This document shows positions 63,841 through 64,000 of a DNA stretch of 64,000 bases, piece by piece. The position numbers were made by a program, and so were the translations under genes. Under the pieces are notes generated by a model that did no database searches, had not been told where the DNA came from, and saw nothing but the letters and a program-made list of their open reading frames with translations. Origin of the DNA: Mobula hypostoma (taxonomy: Eukaryota); assembly GCF_963921235.1 (NCBI RefSeq), contig NC_086097.1, positions 61,258,001 through 61,322,000 of the forward strand. The letters run 5' to 3'. Within the stretch, counting starts at the first letter, position 1, and each line of letters opens with the position of its first letter.

Positions 63841-64000
63841 AGATAGTAAGAGATTTGAAAGCTTTCTCCTCTTTCAGTTAGTCCTGACGAAGGGTCCCAG
63901 CCCGAAACTTCGACTGTACCTCTTTCTATAGATGATGCCTGGCTTGCTGCATTAACCAGCATTTTTTTTGTGTGTGCTGCTTGAATTTCCAGTATCTGCA
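63841..64000 (+). mobile_element. Penelope-like tail with a hammerhead motif and a short inverted 5' piece
   Basis: agtc-CTGACGA-agggtcccagccc-GAAA-cTTC-gact at 63880-63915. 63841-63861 is the reverse complement of the tail segment ctttcaaatctcttactatct. Confidence 0.8.

Overview
Eukaryotic (vertebrate) intergenic or intronic DNA made almost entirely of decayed retrotransposons, with no confidently identifiable host gene. The mix of CR1 LINEs, Rex1/Babar LINEs, Neptune-type Penelope elements, V-SINE-like SINEs and Gypsy elements suggests a cartilaginous fish (inference). Main items: (1) A full-length but frameshifted Gypsy LTR retrotransposon (9053-13495, LTRs of ~230 bp, TSD AAAGG). It has no tRNA primer-binding site. 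Instead, a perfect 15-nt complement of its own LTR poly(A)-signal region sits at that position, which suggests self-priming or poly(A) occlusion. Its RT motif reads YLDN. It lies inside a CR1 LINE, which itself splits a Tc1 remnant. (2) At least eight Penelope-type 3' termini carry minimal hammerhead-ribozyme motifs; a further short fold-back insertion with a 12-bp TSD inverts inside this motif. (3) A 5'-truncated HERO/NeSL-type restriction-like-endonuclease retrotransposon is flanked by a ~125-bp direct duplication, and its 3' UTR holds all hammerhead core segments in a permuted order. (4) Two old tandem Mag-like Gypsy relics and many nested LINE/SINE fragments. All family assignments come from motifs recognised by eye, not from database searches.
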